In this document: one piece after another, positions 39,555 through 53,800 of the stretch | Layout of the letters: each line of letters opens with the position of its first letter | Numbering within the stretch: position 1 is the stretch's first letter | Assembly: GCA_024137785.1 (NCBI GenBank) | Contig: JAHRHZ010000012.1 | Coordinates: 72,068,958-72,132,957, forward strand | Length of the DNA: 64,000 nt | Direction of reading: 5' to 3' | DNA from: Ginglymostoma cirratum | Taxonomy: Eukaryota | Made by a program: the position numbers and the translations under genes | The notes under the pieces: generated by a model | The model's input: the letters and a program-made list of their open reading frames with translations, nothing else | Databases searched by the model: none | Told to the model about the DNA's origin: nothing

Positions 39555-40327
39555 TTCATTTTGGAAGGTCAAATTTGAATGCAGAATGCAAGGTTAATGG
39601 CAGGATTCTCAGCTGTGTGAAGGAACAGAGGGAACTTGGGGTCCACATCCATAGATGCCTCAAAGTTGCTACCCAAGTTGATAGGGTTGTAAAGAAGGTG
39701 TATGGTGTGTTGGCTTTCATTGGCAGGGGAATTGAGTTTAAGAGCCGCAAGGTTTTGCTGCAGCTCTATAAAGCTCTGGTTAGAGCACACTTGGAATATT
39801 GTGTTCAGTTCTGGTCACCTCATTATAGGAAAGATGTGGAAGCTTTGGAGAGGGTGCAGAGGACATGTACCAAGATGCTGCCTGGATTGGAGGGCAGGTC
39901 TTATGAGGAAAGGTTGAGGGAGCTAGGGCTTTTTTCATTGGAGCGAAGAAGGATGAGAGGTAACTTGATAGAGGTGTACAAGATGATGAGAGGCATAGAT
40001 AGAGTGGATAGTCAGAGACTTTTTCTCAGGGCAGAAATGACTGTTATGAGGGGGCATAATTTTAAGGTGATTGGAGGAAGATAGGGGAGATGTCAGAGGT
40101 AGGTTCTTCACACAGAGAGTGGTGGGTGTGTAGAATGTGCTGCTGGCAGTGGACAGTGGAGTCAGATACTTTAGAGACTTTTAAGCGACTCTTGGATAGG
40201 CACATGGAGGATAGTAAAATGTAGGGTATGCAGGGTAGATTGATCTTAGTAGGATAGTAGGTCAGCACAACATCGTGGGCCAAAGGGCATGTACTGTGCT
40301 GTACTGTTCTATGTTCTATGTTCTAAA
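39555..40327 (+). mobile_element. Young 5'-truncated CR1 LINE
   Basis: 169-aa open ORF (LYKALVRAHLEYCVQFWSPHYRKD...) and an intact (TTCTATG)n tail. Confidence 0.9.
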
Positions 40328-40349
40328 ATAGAAACAGTGAACATTCTTC

Positions 40350-40600
40350 AGCAATAAAATGTGTAATGTAACTGGCAAAAAACAACCAGCTGAGCTCATA
40401 TTGAAAACTATTTCCTGGCATTTGTTGAACAGTTTCTCATCTGTTCTGCAGATTATTTCCATGTTGGTTGGTAACTTGCTGAAGGTGAGGTACAATATTG
40501 TAATGATGAAAATAGGGAAGAAGGTTCCTGCAATAACACAACTTTGTTTGACCCCTTGTTTGTTTTTGATGAAATACCTGAAGATGGTTGACCCTTGCAC
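40350..40600 (-). mobile_element. RTE-clade LINE RT fragment
   Basis: GVKQSCVIAGTFFPIF..IICRTDEKLFN resembles RTE GVKQGCVIAPTLFSIF..IxYRTDGKLFN. Confidence 0.65.
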
Positions 40601-40839
40601 ACTATCCCCGTGAGGAACTGCAGAGATATCCTGTGGCTGAGTTCATTGATCTCCAGCAGCTACAACCATCTTTGTACTAGTGTCATGATCATGGTATCCT
40701 AGCAGTTGGCCAAAATGGATCTTCCACTCCGCACTTATGGCTGAAGATGATTCTAAATCCTTCACCTTGTCACTTGCATTAATGGTGTGTCCTGCTAGCA
40801 CTGATGATAGGAATGTTAACGAAGCTTCAACACTCTCTT

Positions 40840-42300
40840 ATAGAATCATAGAATCACAGAAGCATTACAGCATAGAAAAAGGCCATGTGGTTCATTATGC
40901 CTGCACTGGTTCTCCAAGCAAGCATTATGGTTTAGTGATATTCTCTGGCTTTTCTCCCACACTCTTGCACATTCTTTCTATTCAAATAAAACTCTAATGC
41001 TGCCTTGAATACCTCAACTCAAAGTCCGTTCACCATATTTCAAGGTAGTGTATCCCAGACCCAGAACACTTTTTGTGTGAAAAGTTTTATTCTCACTTGC
41101 TACTTTGCTACTTACTTTAAATCTGTGCCTTCTTGTTCTTAATCATTTTAACATAATGTAAAGGAATGCTTTATCAACTGTTCTCTCCACCTGTTCTGCC
41201 ACCTTCAGTGATGCACACATACACCCAGGTCCCTCTACCCTTAAGAATTTTGTCCTTTATTTTATATTATCTGTCCGTGTTCTCCTTACCAAAATGCATC
41301 ACTTCACACTTCCCTACATCGAATTCATCTGCTACCTATCTGTCCACTCCATCAACTTGCCTATGCCCTTTCGTTATAGTTAAACAGTGTCTTCCTCACA
41401 GCTTACATTACTGTCAAGGATGGTCTTGTGGTGCAGTGGTAGTATCCCTATCTTTGGGCCAGGAAGTCCAGGGTCAAGTCTCAACTTGTCCAGTTGTATG
41501 CCATAACATGGCTGAACAGATTAATTAAGATTAATTAGAATTATCTGCAATGCTTCTGAGTTTTGTGTCATCTACAAACTTAGAAATTGTCCCCGGCATT
41601 AATATTTATATTCAGAAAAAAAGTGATGGTCCTAATACCGAACTCCTGGAGAACTCCACTACAAATTTTCCTCCAAAGAAAAGGAAGGCCTGAAAATTAC
41701 CTATTGACAAATTCTGTTTGTTTCCTATCACTCACCTAATTTTGTATCCACATTGCTACTGACCTTTTTATTCTATGACCTATAACATTTCTCACAGGTC
41801 TGTTATATGGGGCTGTATCTAATGCTGTTTAAAAGTCCACGTACATCACATCAACAGCATTATCCTCAATGACCCTTTCTATGCCATTTCAAAAAAAAAA
41901 CTCCAGCTGGTTAGTTACAAATGATTTCCCCTTTAGAAATCTATGCTGCTTTTCTGAAACAACCTACCTTTGTCATTGTGACTACTAATTCTATCCCAAA
42001 TAATTAATTTGAGAAGATTCCCCATCGCTGAAGTTAACCTGACTAGTCTGTAATTGCTGGGCTTATCCTTATAACCATTTTTGATCACAGGCATAACGTT
42101 TGTAGTTCTCCAATCTTCTCAGTTCCACTGAATCTGGGGAAGATTAAAAGATTATGGTCAGTGCCTTAACAATATCCACTCTCACTTCCATCAGTATCCT
42201 TCAGTGCCTATCATCCATTCCTGGTATCTTGTCAACTTTAAGTATCGGCAATCAGTCAATCCTAATTGATTTTGAACCCTTCTGGTGAGAGGGTTTTCTC
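40840..42300 (-). mobile_element. Decayed CR1 LINE with a short SINE inserted at about 41420-41530
   Basis: tagaatcatagaatc tail. Reverse RT motifs SGVLQEFGIR, DVDF*TA, NYRLVRLTS. Confidence 0.7.
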
Positions 42301-43985
42301 CTCTGCTACTGTTAGTTGCTGAATTGTCCACCACTACTCATGACTGAATGTAAATAAACTGCGTACCTTTAATATGATACAATCATTGGTTGTGGAGTCA
42401 CTTAGCCTAATCTTATAGCATCTTACTTAAATTGTTTAGAATTTCCTCTAGACCTGTGTTATTTCTCTTCACCCCATCTTTACATTTAGTTGTTGCTGCA
42501 CCTGGCCTGCCCTCTAGCACTGCTAATGAAATCACAGTTGATCTACTGACTTGATAACGGTGCTGAATGAGAGGGAAGTCAAAACATGAGATTATAGATT
42601 GTTGGTGGACTATAACTCTATTGTTGCTGATATCTTGCTGTGTCTCATGGGTACCCAGTTTTATGTTCTGAATCTATTCCATTTAATATGGTGGAAGTGC
42701 CACCTAATACAATGATGATATGCTCAGTGTGAAGACAGGACTTGCTATCTGCAAAAATTGTACAGTAGTCACTAGTAGCAACACTGGCATTGACAGATAT
42801 ATTTGCAACAGGTGAATTAATGAGGAAATAGTCATAGAAGTTTCGTCTCTCATGTAGATTCTTTAGAATCTGTCACAGTTCCAGTCAGGCAGGTTATTCA
42901 TTCAGCACTTAGTCATGCAATCAGTAGTTGTGCTTTTGAGCCACTCTTGGTGATGGGCATCGAATCACCGAACCTTAGACTATTCTCAGGCCTTACTGCC
43001 CTATACTTCAGCCAAGTATTGTCCAAATTGGATAGATACCATTTCTTCAATTCAAGGAGAGGAGTCACAGTAAATCGTTCCCAATAGGAGGTTTCTCTGC
43101 CAATGTTTGATACGATGCCTAGACACCTTGTGGGATTGGGATTCAGTATTGAGGACACCCCCAAGACAACACCTTCCCAGTTGTATTTCATAGTGCTGCC
43201 ACTTCTGGCATGTTTGTCCTGCTGATTGGTATGATGGCATGATGCTGTGATAACTATGTCAGACAATTGTTTGACTAATTTGTTGGACAACTGTCCTAAT
43301 TTTAAACATATCCTCAAATACTAGTGTGAAGAAATGCATTGCTATGACTGGGCTGTGTACGTCTTTATTTATTGTGCCTTTAGATTGATGCCGGCTAGTC
43401 CACAGATTTAATTCTTATTGTTCCTCGTAACAGTTTGATACAACGAACTCAGTCACTAAGCCTCTCCTTAAGAAGTAACCACATTACTGTTGGTCTGGAG
43501 TCAGGGAAGGCAGTGGCCTAGTGGTATTATCACTTGACTGTTAATCCAGAGACCCTAGTATTGATCTGGGGAACTGGGATTGAGTCTTGCCATGGCAGAT
43601 GGTGCAATTTGAATTCAATTAAGTAAAGCTGGAATCAAGAGTCTAACGATGACCAAGAAATTGATGACAGTTGTTGGAAAAACCCATCTGGATCACGAAT
43701 GTCTTTTAGGGAAAGATCCTTATCTAGCCTGACCTACATGAGGTTCCAGATCAATAACAGTGTGGTTGACTCTTAACTGCCCTTTGAGCATTTAGGTCTG
43801 AGCAATAAATGCTGGCCTATCCAGCAACACACTCATCCTGTGAATGAATAAAATAAGCATATTGGCCAGACAGTACAGGACAGCAAGTTTCCTTATTGGC
43901 AGATTATGTATGAAGTGCAATATATTTGAGATACTTATGCAACCTTCCAGTGGCAATCTTTACAGTTTTAATAATTGACTTATGG
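42300..43985 (-). mobile_element. Old 5' half of the second LINE family
   Basis: Colinear with 36530-37700, including the 5' head (aaccacattactgttggtctggagtca...). Confidence 0.6.
43503..43856 (+). mobile_element. tRNA-headed SINE, family II (complete)
   Basis: A box gtggcctagtgg, B-box-like ggattgagtcttgcc, 3' end catcctgtgaatgaataaaa. Confidence 0.8.
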
Positions 43986-45255
43986 ATTTTATATTTTATT
44001 TTACATTGGTTAGAGTCCCCACCAATGTTTCCTCTAAGCTGTGTAGATACAAGGCTATGTGGCAATCTGGATTACTCCATGTTGGCAACAAACAGGTTAC
44101 GTATAAGCAGCAGTCCCTGAAAACTGGACAGTTGACTGACTGTGCAGAAGTGACCATGCATCATAAAAAAACGCATTGCACAGAAAAGGAAAATTAAAGG
44201 GAACACGGCTCAGCATCTCTTGAATTCCTACATGTTTCATTTCAATTCAGTTCAAGCTGTAATTTATCTGAATTTCTGCAGTATTTTTGCAAATATATGA
44301 ATTAATTGTTGTGTTATCCAGAGGTAAAAACACATGACCGTGGAAGACTAATCATTACTTCTTAAATAATAGCAGAGGGATATGTCTAATGCTTGGACTT
44401 TGTTTTGCTACTAATACAGTTGCTAATTTTTTTTTAGGATTGAGGGAAAAATACATTGTAGAGTTTCACAGCAATTTCTGTTTTTGTTTCAGTTCTCCAG
44501 AATCCGCAGTTCTTTGTTTTATATTACCTTACAGAGAAATTTGACTTATCTGTGATTGCCAAAAAGCTGGAACAGCAGTTGAGTTTTGTTACTGGAAGTT
44601 GGAAGAGTGTTATTGGATATTGGTGACTGCTGAGTATCACTGTTATTTGGGAAAATGTCTTGCTGTACTTCAACATCAGAATTTTTGAACACTCATTGAA
44701 ATTTGAGATTTCCAGTTGGTTTCTTTGTACAAGGTTTTTTGTTTGGAAAACAGCTGTGGAAATAGTACCAATTTGAGTCCTGAGACATAACATTAAAGAA
44801 AAACTTACTATATTTTCACTTCATAACATGATATCATTAGCTCTTATTCCCAAGTTATAACTTCTGCCAGCGAAGTTGAAAACAGAGGTGGAAATCAGAA
44901 AATCAAAATTTATTTTGACTGTACTGTTTGGCACAAGGACGAGCTCAGCCAATTAAAGATTCCCAGCTGGAACTATTAACATAGTTTCTGCTACTAGCTT
45001 TCTGTTGTATTATAATAAATTTACAGTGCACATTTGGTTACTGTTAAGTAATTCCTAAAAAACAGTTTATATTTATATTTCACTTCCTTTCGGTTTCAAA
45101 ACCATCTCTTATGAATGTTTTCTCTTTAAATTGTTTAGACTAAAATTGAACCAATGACTAAGCAAAAAAAAAATCAAATTACAATCCAACTGATAAAACT
45201 CTCCATTAAAATAATTGGGGTAAATGCTAACATTCAATTTTGTCTTGATCGACAG

Positions 45256-45330
45256 CTACATTGCAAATCAACCCAACCTGTCAGGCATCAATGAACGAGA
45301 CATAGAACCTTACACTGGACTGAGAAATCT
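45256..45330 (+). CDS. NTRK2-like: Trk receptor coding exon 2 (LRR)
   Basis: Acceptor gatcgacAG|C and donor CT|GTGAGT, 75 nt, phase 2-2. Encodes YIANQPNLSGINERDIEPYTGLRNL (cf. TrkB [25 protein letters not shown]). Confidence 0.95.
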
Positions 45331-45425
45331 GTGAGTATTTCCAACAGATTAAATCCTTGTATTTCCTAGATATTTGAAAGCTATTCATGAATAATTCATT
45401 TATTGAAATCTTCTTCATTTTCTAG

Positions 45426-45497
45426 AACATTGGTTAATTGTGGATTGACATTTATCTCACGACAAGGATTCCATAATAACCCTCGGCTTCAATACAT
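45426..45497 (+). CDS. NTRK2-like: Trk receptor coding exon 3 (LRR)
   Basis: Acceptor ttttctAG|A and donor AT|GTGAGT, 72 nt, after a 95 bp intron. Encodes TLVNCGLTFISRQGFHNNPRLQYI. Confidence 0.95.
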
Positions 45498-46420
45498 GTG
45501 AGTCACGATTGTCTTCTTTTCCTTGACAATTTTTTCTCTGCCAAACGTTGAGTTCTCCCTGTCCTCCATGAAACTAATGACTGTTCAACAGACTAACTAT
45601 GCCAATGTACTACTCCCAAATGATCATTCTTCATGACTGTGGTAAGATATTTGATAGATGATCATTATCTAGTTTTGAAACTGATTTCACATAATAGTAC
45701 TTTCAGCTGGGATCAATGAGATTAAAGGTACGGAGATACAGGGTGGTATATGTGAAACTGGTCTTCAGATTTCACGCCCTTTGCATCACTTCGCTAGGAT
45801 TAACTCTTACAAGCAAGCAGAATGCCCAAAGGAAGTTAATGGCACCAACTTTTTTTTGACAGTGGTTAATACATTTGAAATATATTTCTTTGTATGGTTC
45901 AGTCCTTTTAAATAGGTTTCTTCTGTTTGACCAGGACAGGTTAATAAGAATTCCATTCACCTCCTCCTTCAAAATAAACATGAATCCATCATTGTCCTTC
46001 TGATGCAGGGTCACCTGCTCTGCATTTCCAACCATTTCACACTTTCATTCTCGGAGTAGCATTATTCTTGGCATAGGTCTTTAAACATAACATTCAAAAG
46101 CATTGTACCAATACAATTAGAATATCCAAAAATTGGTTAGCTGGTTTATTGATCTGAAAACCTATTCCAAGGGGACAGAAACTAAGAGGAGCCCTGTACA
46201 AAAGTAAACACACTTTTGGACCTGTATCTTTTTACCAAAGGAGAAAACCATTGGCTGATGATGAATAACCCTACAATCTGTCAGTTCATACACCTTCTTC
46301 TATAAATCAGCTGTAGGATTACTGTCACGGACGTTAGACCAGTCTTCCTAGACTTTTTAAAATTACTTATATGCATGCAGTTGAAACAATTTTACTACAA
46401 TTTTATTAGTCTTCTAGTTA

Positions 46421-46634
46421 CAGGTAGTTCTCCCATAACACGATAGTTGTGTTCTTGTGTGACCTTGTGCGATAGAAAATCGCCATAGAAAATGGTGTTA
46501 TAGGGAAATCGCTGTAGAAAATCGCTATACTTGTACAGCAGGAAGTTTGCATTATCCAGACAACGTACATTATTCATCAATCTCGTTTCAGCTAATTCAT
46601 GTTAACGAGACATGAGTTATAGTAGAATTACATG
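46421..46634. mobile_element. MITE (Tc1/mariner-pogo type)
   Basis: Imperfect TIRs caggtagttctcccataac / gttatagtagaattacatg, preceded by TA. Internal repeated tagaaaatcgc. Confidence 0.6.
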
Positions 46635-46929
46635 TGTGTTACAGTTTTAATGCTTTAAGTGTTAAAAATACCTGAGAAATGAATTCTTTCCTGCATATTG
46701 TTTCAGTAGTTGCTGGAGTGAGTCCAATATGAAACAGGGTAAGCAATGTATGGTGAGATTATAACATTTGTCACAGTGCTCTTCACCGTCAATCTGTAAC
46801 ATTGCTTTTGTAGGCTACATCATAGCACCACGTTACAGGTTGCACTATCCGTGTGAGGATCATTGCTCTCACAAGCATAAATACTGGCCCAGATCTTCCA
46901 TTCAGGATTTCCAGCACTGGTTAGACAAA

Positions 46930-47070
46930 TAAGATAGAATAAAGAACTGTGAATACCTGAGATCAGAAATAAAAACCTAAATTCCTGGTGAAATGCAGCA
47001 GATCTGGAAGCATCCATGGGAAGAAAGCAGAATTAACATTTTGAGTCTGGTGACTCTTTATTAGAACTCA
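46930..47070 (-). mobile_element. Older Penelope-type terminal repeat fragment
   Basis: Similar to the arm at 57995-58105 and to the tail at 44460-44522. Confidence 0.5.
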
Positions 47071-48134
47071 AAATTGATATTAAAAGTCCTCAGTGAAGCC
47101 TGAGCACCCTCAAGTAATTTCTGGATTTTATACCAAAACAATATTGATGCTCATGAAAGGTAGATGTAGGACATCTAGAGCACTAGAAGGCAATATATTA
47201 CTGAAGGTCATTCAGTCATTCTCTAAGCAGTGAGTGTTCATTTTCACTGTACACAGATAACTCTTATGTTTCTCAGAGAGAAATATCTCACAACTCTTTA
47301 TCTTAGCCAGAGACATTGAGATGCTTCTGGACATTCATACCCTGTGAGCTTTTGGGAATAGAATTTCTTATTTTGAAATGAGAATACAATGGTCACTGTC
47401 AGTGCCCCAAATGGCTTTTGTTAAGTGTACATTCTGCCTGCCCCTTTGCCAAGTAATAACATAATTGATTAGATGCCAATGTCTACAGTGGTGATGTATG
47501 CAAGGTGCTTTGTTGTGATTAGAGAAGTGGAAAACTGCTGATGATTACATGCTCATACACACACATCTTCTTCAGAAGGGCATCATTGCTGTTGTCTTAT
47601 TGCTGATCCTATTTTTTCCAGTGACCCCCTTCTCATGGCTGGTGATCTGCACTACCTCTTGTGTTGAAGTTGTAAAGAATGACTAGCTTGCCTAAGTTAA
47701 CCAATCAAGGAGAGAGACCACCATAAAATTATCCTTAGCTTAATCAGGGTTGGTTACATTAGAGGTGTATACACTGATGAGATTTGCCTGCTTGTGCTGT
47801 GCAAGGGGAGTTTAAATTTCATCGCATGATCGATAAGACTCTTCTGCTTATACTTTTTGCCACTTCCTGTCACATTTTGATGATCGTTCACGACCCTGAA
47901 CCTCTTTCAATTTTTTAAATCTTCCCTTTAATAGAACCCTCTCTTCCCAACTAATTAGTTTAAAACATTATCTGCAACTATGGTCTTATGATTCATGGCT
48001 TTGGATAAATTATGAAACATATGAGAACATATGGCTTTACTAGGACTGTAGGCTTCCCAATGGTGCAGGGTGTCATTGCCTTGCAACTACAGCATGTTAA
48101 TTGTACCCTCTTCTCAATATAAAGGATAATTAAA

Positions 48135-48468
48135 ACTAACCAGATTATTATTCCAGAGACCCAGGATAATGTTCTGGAGACCTGGATTCAAATCTCATCA
48201 TGGCAGATGTTGGAATTTGATTTCAATAAAATAAATTGGAATTAAAAATCTATGGATGACTGTGAAATCATTGTCAGTTGTTGGAAAAAAAAATCTGGTT
48301 TACTAATGTCCTTTAGGGAAGGAAACAGCTGCCCTAACCTGTTTGACCTACATGTGACTCCAGATTCACAGCAATGTGGTTGATTCTTAATGGCCCTCTG
48401 TGCAATTAGGGATGGTGCCTATAAGCTGCTGAGTCAGTGACGTCCTCATCCTGTGAATGAATATAAAA
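48135..48468 (+). mobile_element. tRNA-headed SINE, family II
   Basis: Colinear with 43503-43856. Confidence 0.8.
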
Positions 48469-48929
48469 AGGACTCTCATAATGTCCAGCCAATGTGTGAC
48501 CATATGCAACAAATCATGCAAGTCAATACATAGTACCTTGGTGACAGTTATGGTGCCATCATTCTGAGGTTGCTCCCTTTCCTAGGTATATTCGAGCTAC
48601 TAAGGCAAAACAAAGAGTGGCTGTTCAATGATGAGGGCCCCCTAATTATGCCATAGTTGATGACTTAGCTGCACAGCCCATGCACATATGCACTACATGC
48701 AAACCAAGGAGCTGTGATACAGCATACAGTAGTGTCCTGAAACACCATTTCCATTCCCAGGATTGCTTTGGAGGAGTTCTGCAGAAATCATTAGAGTAGG
48801 TGTCAAATTTTATTATGTGTGCTGCTATCTGTATCTTTTAAGTGTGTCGGTGCTTTGGGGGTTTTTGAGGTCCCAGTGTATGCTAGAGTAACTACCTTAT
48901 GGTTTAACAAGAAGAGTCCTTTGCAGTCA

Positions 48930-49830
48930 TTAAGATGCAGTTTATTGTCTATAACTATTTATGGATTATAAGAATAAACTCGATATTAATACAGTATTGT
49001 TGAGAGGACCTAGTCTTAGGCCTGCCTCCCATGAGAGAGATTCCTATTTTGTTCTACTGCAAATTCTACCTGACACCATCACAGTGGGTAGTACTCATAT
49101 TTAATCAAGTGATAACCCTTTCAGACCTATATTTTGCAACTCCCCAAACTTTTTTCTGGCAATTATTGTTGATGTATATTTGTTTATATAGTTTCATTTA
49201 CCATTGTCCCATCTACCACACCAAATCTTTGATTTGAAAAATTCAGATGAACTGGATGCTTAACTATCCTCCCTGAATAGGTTTGCTTTGGACTTAAAAG
49301 ATTGCTAGTTTGTTGGGTTGAAGGTAGTTGTCTTGGGCTGTATTTCTGTGATCTAATTGTGGTCTTCTGTACTGGAGGACCTTTCATCTCCTGTATTTCT
49401 ACAAAGGAGGATGTCATCTCTTCCTGAGAAAGTACATTTTTCTTTGCCGTGTCATAAATATTTATACATTGACATCTTAATGGTGTCTTCTTGAAGTTGT
49501 GTGCACTGCATCCTCATTTTGTACAGAACTTGCCCTTTCAACAATTTTATTAGTTCTGAGCTTGAAATAATTGTCAAAGGCTTTCAGTATGTCCTCAAAT
49601 GTGTATGTTGCTTCTTTTATCCCTATGGTGAGCAATAATATTCTCTGCTATACTCCTAATTGTATCCAAAAGTGTACTTACTTGTTCAGCTTCTGACTTA
49701 GCATCCAGTTTAGAAGCCATTCTATATCTCAATAATTGTTTCCTTCAGAATGTCCAATGTTGTGTTCTATTTGGCCCATTTTTGAAATTAAATATTCCTG
49801 AATATACTACTTCTGGTATTATAGCTTCCT
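48930..49830 (-). mobile_element. Internally deleted Ty3/Gypsy remnant
   Basis: Reverse strand gives gag-like WTF*RKQLLRYRMASKLDAKSEAEQVST (about 49670-49755) and a pol C-terminal QTYSGRIVKHPVHLNF only about 400 bp away. Confidence 0.55.
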
Positions 49831-50220
49831 AATGTGATTAGATATTTTAACTTAATTAAACATTTTTATTTTGCTGTAATGACAGTTGTCCTGCACTTTA
49901 CTGCTATCCTGAAGGCTTTTCCTGCTTTTTGTGACTTTAATGGAGGGTTCTTATGCTTTCAATGCTGAAATAGACGATCTCTTGCCTTTTGCAGCTATAA
50001 TGGGCTCACCTCAAAAATTTCAATATTAGGCCAGAATTGCTCACTTCGTTAAATTGCCTAATACTTATCTGTTTGAAATGACTGGGTTTGTGACTTTCTC
50101 AGCTCCCTGCTCACAGATTTCATCTGTTTTTCTCTTGACGCCATTAATTCCTTATTTTTCTAGCCATTATTGCAGTGATGCCTGATCCAAGCTGCACCTT
50201 TTTTTTTAAGAAAAACTTTT

Positions 50221-50540
50221 CATAGAATCCCTACCATGTGGAAACAGGCCCTTTGGTTCAACAAGTCCACACCAACCCTCAGTGCATCCTACCCACCCCC
50301 ATTCCCTATAGCCCACATAATCTACACATCCATAAACACTAAGGGCAATTTAGTATTGCCAATCTACCTAGCCTACACATCTTTGGACTGTGGGAGGAAA
50401 TTGGATCACCCAGTGGAAACCCACACAGACACAGGGAGAATGTGCAAACTCCACACAGATAGTTGCCTGAGGGTAGAATTGAACCCAGGTCCCTGGTGCT
50501 ATGAGGCAGCAGTGCTAACCACTGAGCCACCATGCCACCC
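50221..50540 (-). mobile_element. HE1/V-SINE
   Basis: Colinear with 3262-3588. Confidence 0.85.
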
Positions 50541-50849
50541 TTTCAGCCTGAATTACTGCTCTATTTAAAGTTTGGTTTTAGTTTGACTCATGCAATCTCC
50601 AATGTATGTTCAATTACTGACTGAAATTGGACGTGAGACCAGCCCTACAGACCACTGCCTCACAGTGCAGCCTGTCCCTCTGCCTTGGAACTTCAGATTT
50701 CTTTTGTTACTGTGCATCTCTAAGCAGAGCTGAAATACTTTCTGTTATTCTTTGAAGTATTCTTCCTTGTTGTGTCACCGCAAGACTTTTCTAGGGTTTG
50801 CTGATCTCAGTAATCAGGACTATCCATTCTCCTTGAAATTCACTTGCAA

Positions 50850-53800
50850 TAGTCGTCTTGGAGTTGGGGGTAAGCGTTGCTAGCATCATGCCATTATTTA
50901 GAAAGTTTGACTCGTTCCATCCTGCGGTCGAAGGCTTGGGCCCAGTATGTGGAAAGAATGTGCCTTTTTTCCAGGCAAATGACATTGGGGCAAATGGAAA
51001 GCAATGAGTATTTCTCTTGACAGCTTGTGGAGCCGCAGCTTTTTTTGGATATTAGGAGCCTAATTTTCCCTGAGGCACCAGATACTAAAATCTTTCAATA
51101 GTTGATGGATTTAGTTAAGAAGTATTATGAATCCAAGCCTCCTCTAATTATGAAACACTATTGGTTTTACTAAGCAATTTGAGAACTGGGGGGATCCGTA
51201 TTGGGATTTTTGTCAAGGTTAAACTGACTGGCAGACGCATGTGACTTTGGTTTAGCCCTTAATGAGACTCCATTAGACTGTTTGTTATGTGAGATTAATG
51301 TTGTAACTGTGCAAAAGTGCCCACTAGCTGAAGCCCAACAGGACTTCAAACAGGCTCTACAACTGGCTTTATCATTGGAAAATGCAGCAAGTGGAGCATA
51401 TGAATTGCAGGGTATTCTGATGAAAGTGGACACCTTCATCAGTCCGACTGAGCTCAGGGAACACCACTCGAGTGAGGGAATTGCATAGCCTCAGTCAGGA
51501 CATATCCCGAGCAGAGGAGCCCTAAGTCCACTCACAGCAAAATCCCAAAACAAAGCCAAGCCTTGGCCAAATGGTTAAAATTTTCTTCAGGATCTAGGCC
51601 AGCAAACCATTGCTGTTGCTGCTGGTATGTAGACTTAAATCAACAAAACAGTCCCGCTGGACCTAAATTGAGTAAGAGAACTCAAAGACCCATATGTTGG
51701 AGAGTGCACACCCTGGAAAGTCTTCCAATACCTTTAGGGACATAAATTTGTAATAATAATGGACCCCAAGCCCCTGCTAAGGCTATTGAAAGTCAAGGAA
51801 GTGCTTCCCAAAGCTTCAGTCTGAATTCAGTGGTAGGCTCTCATTCAAAGTGTGCATAATTACAAGTTGGAACATTATCCGGGAGGCAAAACTGCAAATG
51901 CAAATGCATTGAGTGCCTCCCACCGGCAGATAAACCACCAGCAGTACAGCCACTGGAAAAGTCCGTCGTGATTTTAAATTTTCTGGACACTTCCAGTCAC
52001 AGCTGACAATATCAGACTTTGCATGTAGAAAGATCCAGTCCAGGCAAAACTGCAAAAGCTAGTAGTGATGGGGAAACCAAACGGCTGTCACAACCAGAAC
52101 TGAAACCTAGATCACCATAGAGGATGGCATATTGTGAGGAGCAGGCGTGATTGCCTTGAGTACAGGTCGCTGCCAGATACTAGCTGAACTTCACGCGGTC
52201 ATCCAGGGGTTTCCAAAATGAAGATGTTGGTGAGAAGTTGTGTATGGGGCCAGGATTGGAAGCAGACATAGCCATGTTGGTAGTGCAGTGCCCGGAGTGC
52301 CAACAAGGACAAAAATTACTATCAGCAGCTCCCTCATATTTGTGTGAATGGCTGGGTAAACCCTGGGCTCAGCTATATGTCAACTATGCAGGTCCTTTCA
52401 TTGGCTCAATGTTCTTAGTCATTATATACACCCACTTAAAGTGGCTGGACACGCAAAGGGTTCATTTGTCAAACATGGGACAACCATAACAAAACTGCAT
52501 GCATCTTTCACAGACTCCTGGAAGTGTTTCATAGAATCCCTACAGGGCAGAAGCTGGCCATTCAGCCCATCAAGTTCACACCGACCATCTGAAGAACATC
52601 CCACTCAGACCCACATCCTACACCATCTCTGTAACTCTACATTCCCCACGACTAATCCACCTAACTTACACATCCCTCGATGCTATGGGCAATTTAGCAA
52701 TGCCAATCCACATAACATGCACATCTTCAGACTGTGGGACGAAACTGGAGTATCTAGGCGAAAACTACACAGACTTGGAAGAATGTGCAACCTCCACACA
52801 GACAGTCCCCTGAGGGTGGAATCAAACCCTGGCCCCTGACGCTATGAGGCAGTAGTGCTAACCACTGTGCTACCTGTGCTCCTATCAGTAATTGTCACTA
52901 ATAAGAGGCCATCATTTTCCGGCAGGGAATTTAAGTAAGTCCTAAAGTCAAATAGTATTCAACATAAAAAGACAACTCCACACCACCGAATGGCCGGCAG
53001 AAAGAGCAGTCCAAACTCTGAAGGCAGGCTTAAAGAAACAGTCTAAAACTTCACTATATACAAACTGTCTTTGTTCCTATTTGATTATAGAACCAGCCCT
53101 CATGCAATAACAGGGATGGTTCCAGCAGAGTTGCTAATGGGGAGAAAACTCCGTACCAGATTAAATCTGATCGTCCCGGAAGTGGGGACAGAGGGTGAAA
53201 TGGTGTCAGGAATGCCAATGCCAGCCACAAGATTCCACCAAGCGAGAGAGAGACAGTTTACTTCAGGGGACGAAGTTTAGTGTAGGAACCATGGGAATGG
53301 CCCTGGATGGGTATGAGGCATGGTTGACATGAGGTCAGGTCCCATGATGTATAAAGTTCGGGTAGGTGCGACAGTTCTGAACAAGCATATGAAAGCTGCA
53401 ATCTCACAAATGGTGTGGGAGAAAAACTTGCCCAGCTCCTCTACAGCCTTTCTGACTCTTCCAGAACCCATGGGTTCTCCGTCTCCGTCAAGCATTGAAG
53501 ACACCTTGGAATCTGAGATGGATATGGTAGATGTCGCCACCTTGGTGCCTTTGCTGGTTAAAGATGAGTGAATTTCTTCCGAAACGCTCTGGGCGCAAGA
53601 AGGCCAGAGATACTGTGATATACACGCAGCCCATGTCAGAGACAGTGTTGGAGGAACCTGACCCAGTGCTAAAATACTTTGGGAGGAGCTACAAAAACAA
53701 ACAACTGGCCTCTGTCCACAGAGTCAGAGGGAGGGATATAGTGATTATAATGAGGTCAGCCAGGTGGTCTTCATAGAATATGAGAGCCCTGACTGGGGCT

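Noticed and set aside
39575-40084. 169-aa open ORF as a host gene
   Set aside because: C-terminus of CR1 ORF2, 5'-truncated and followed by the CR1 tail.
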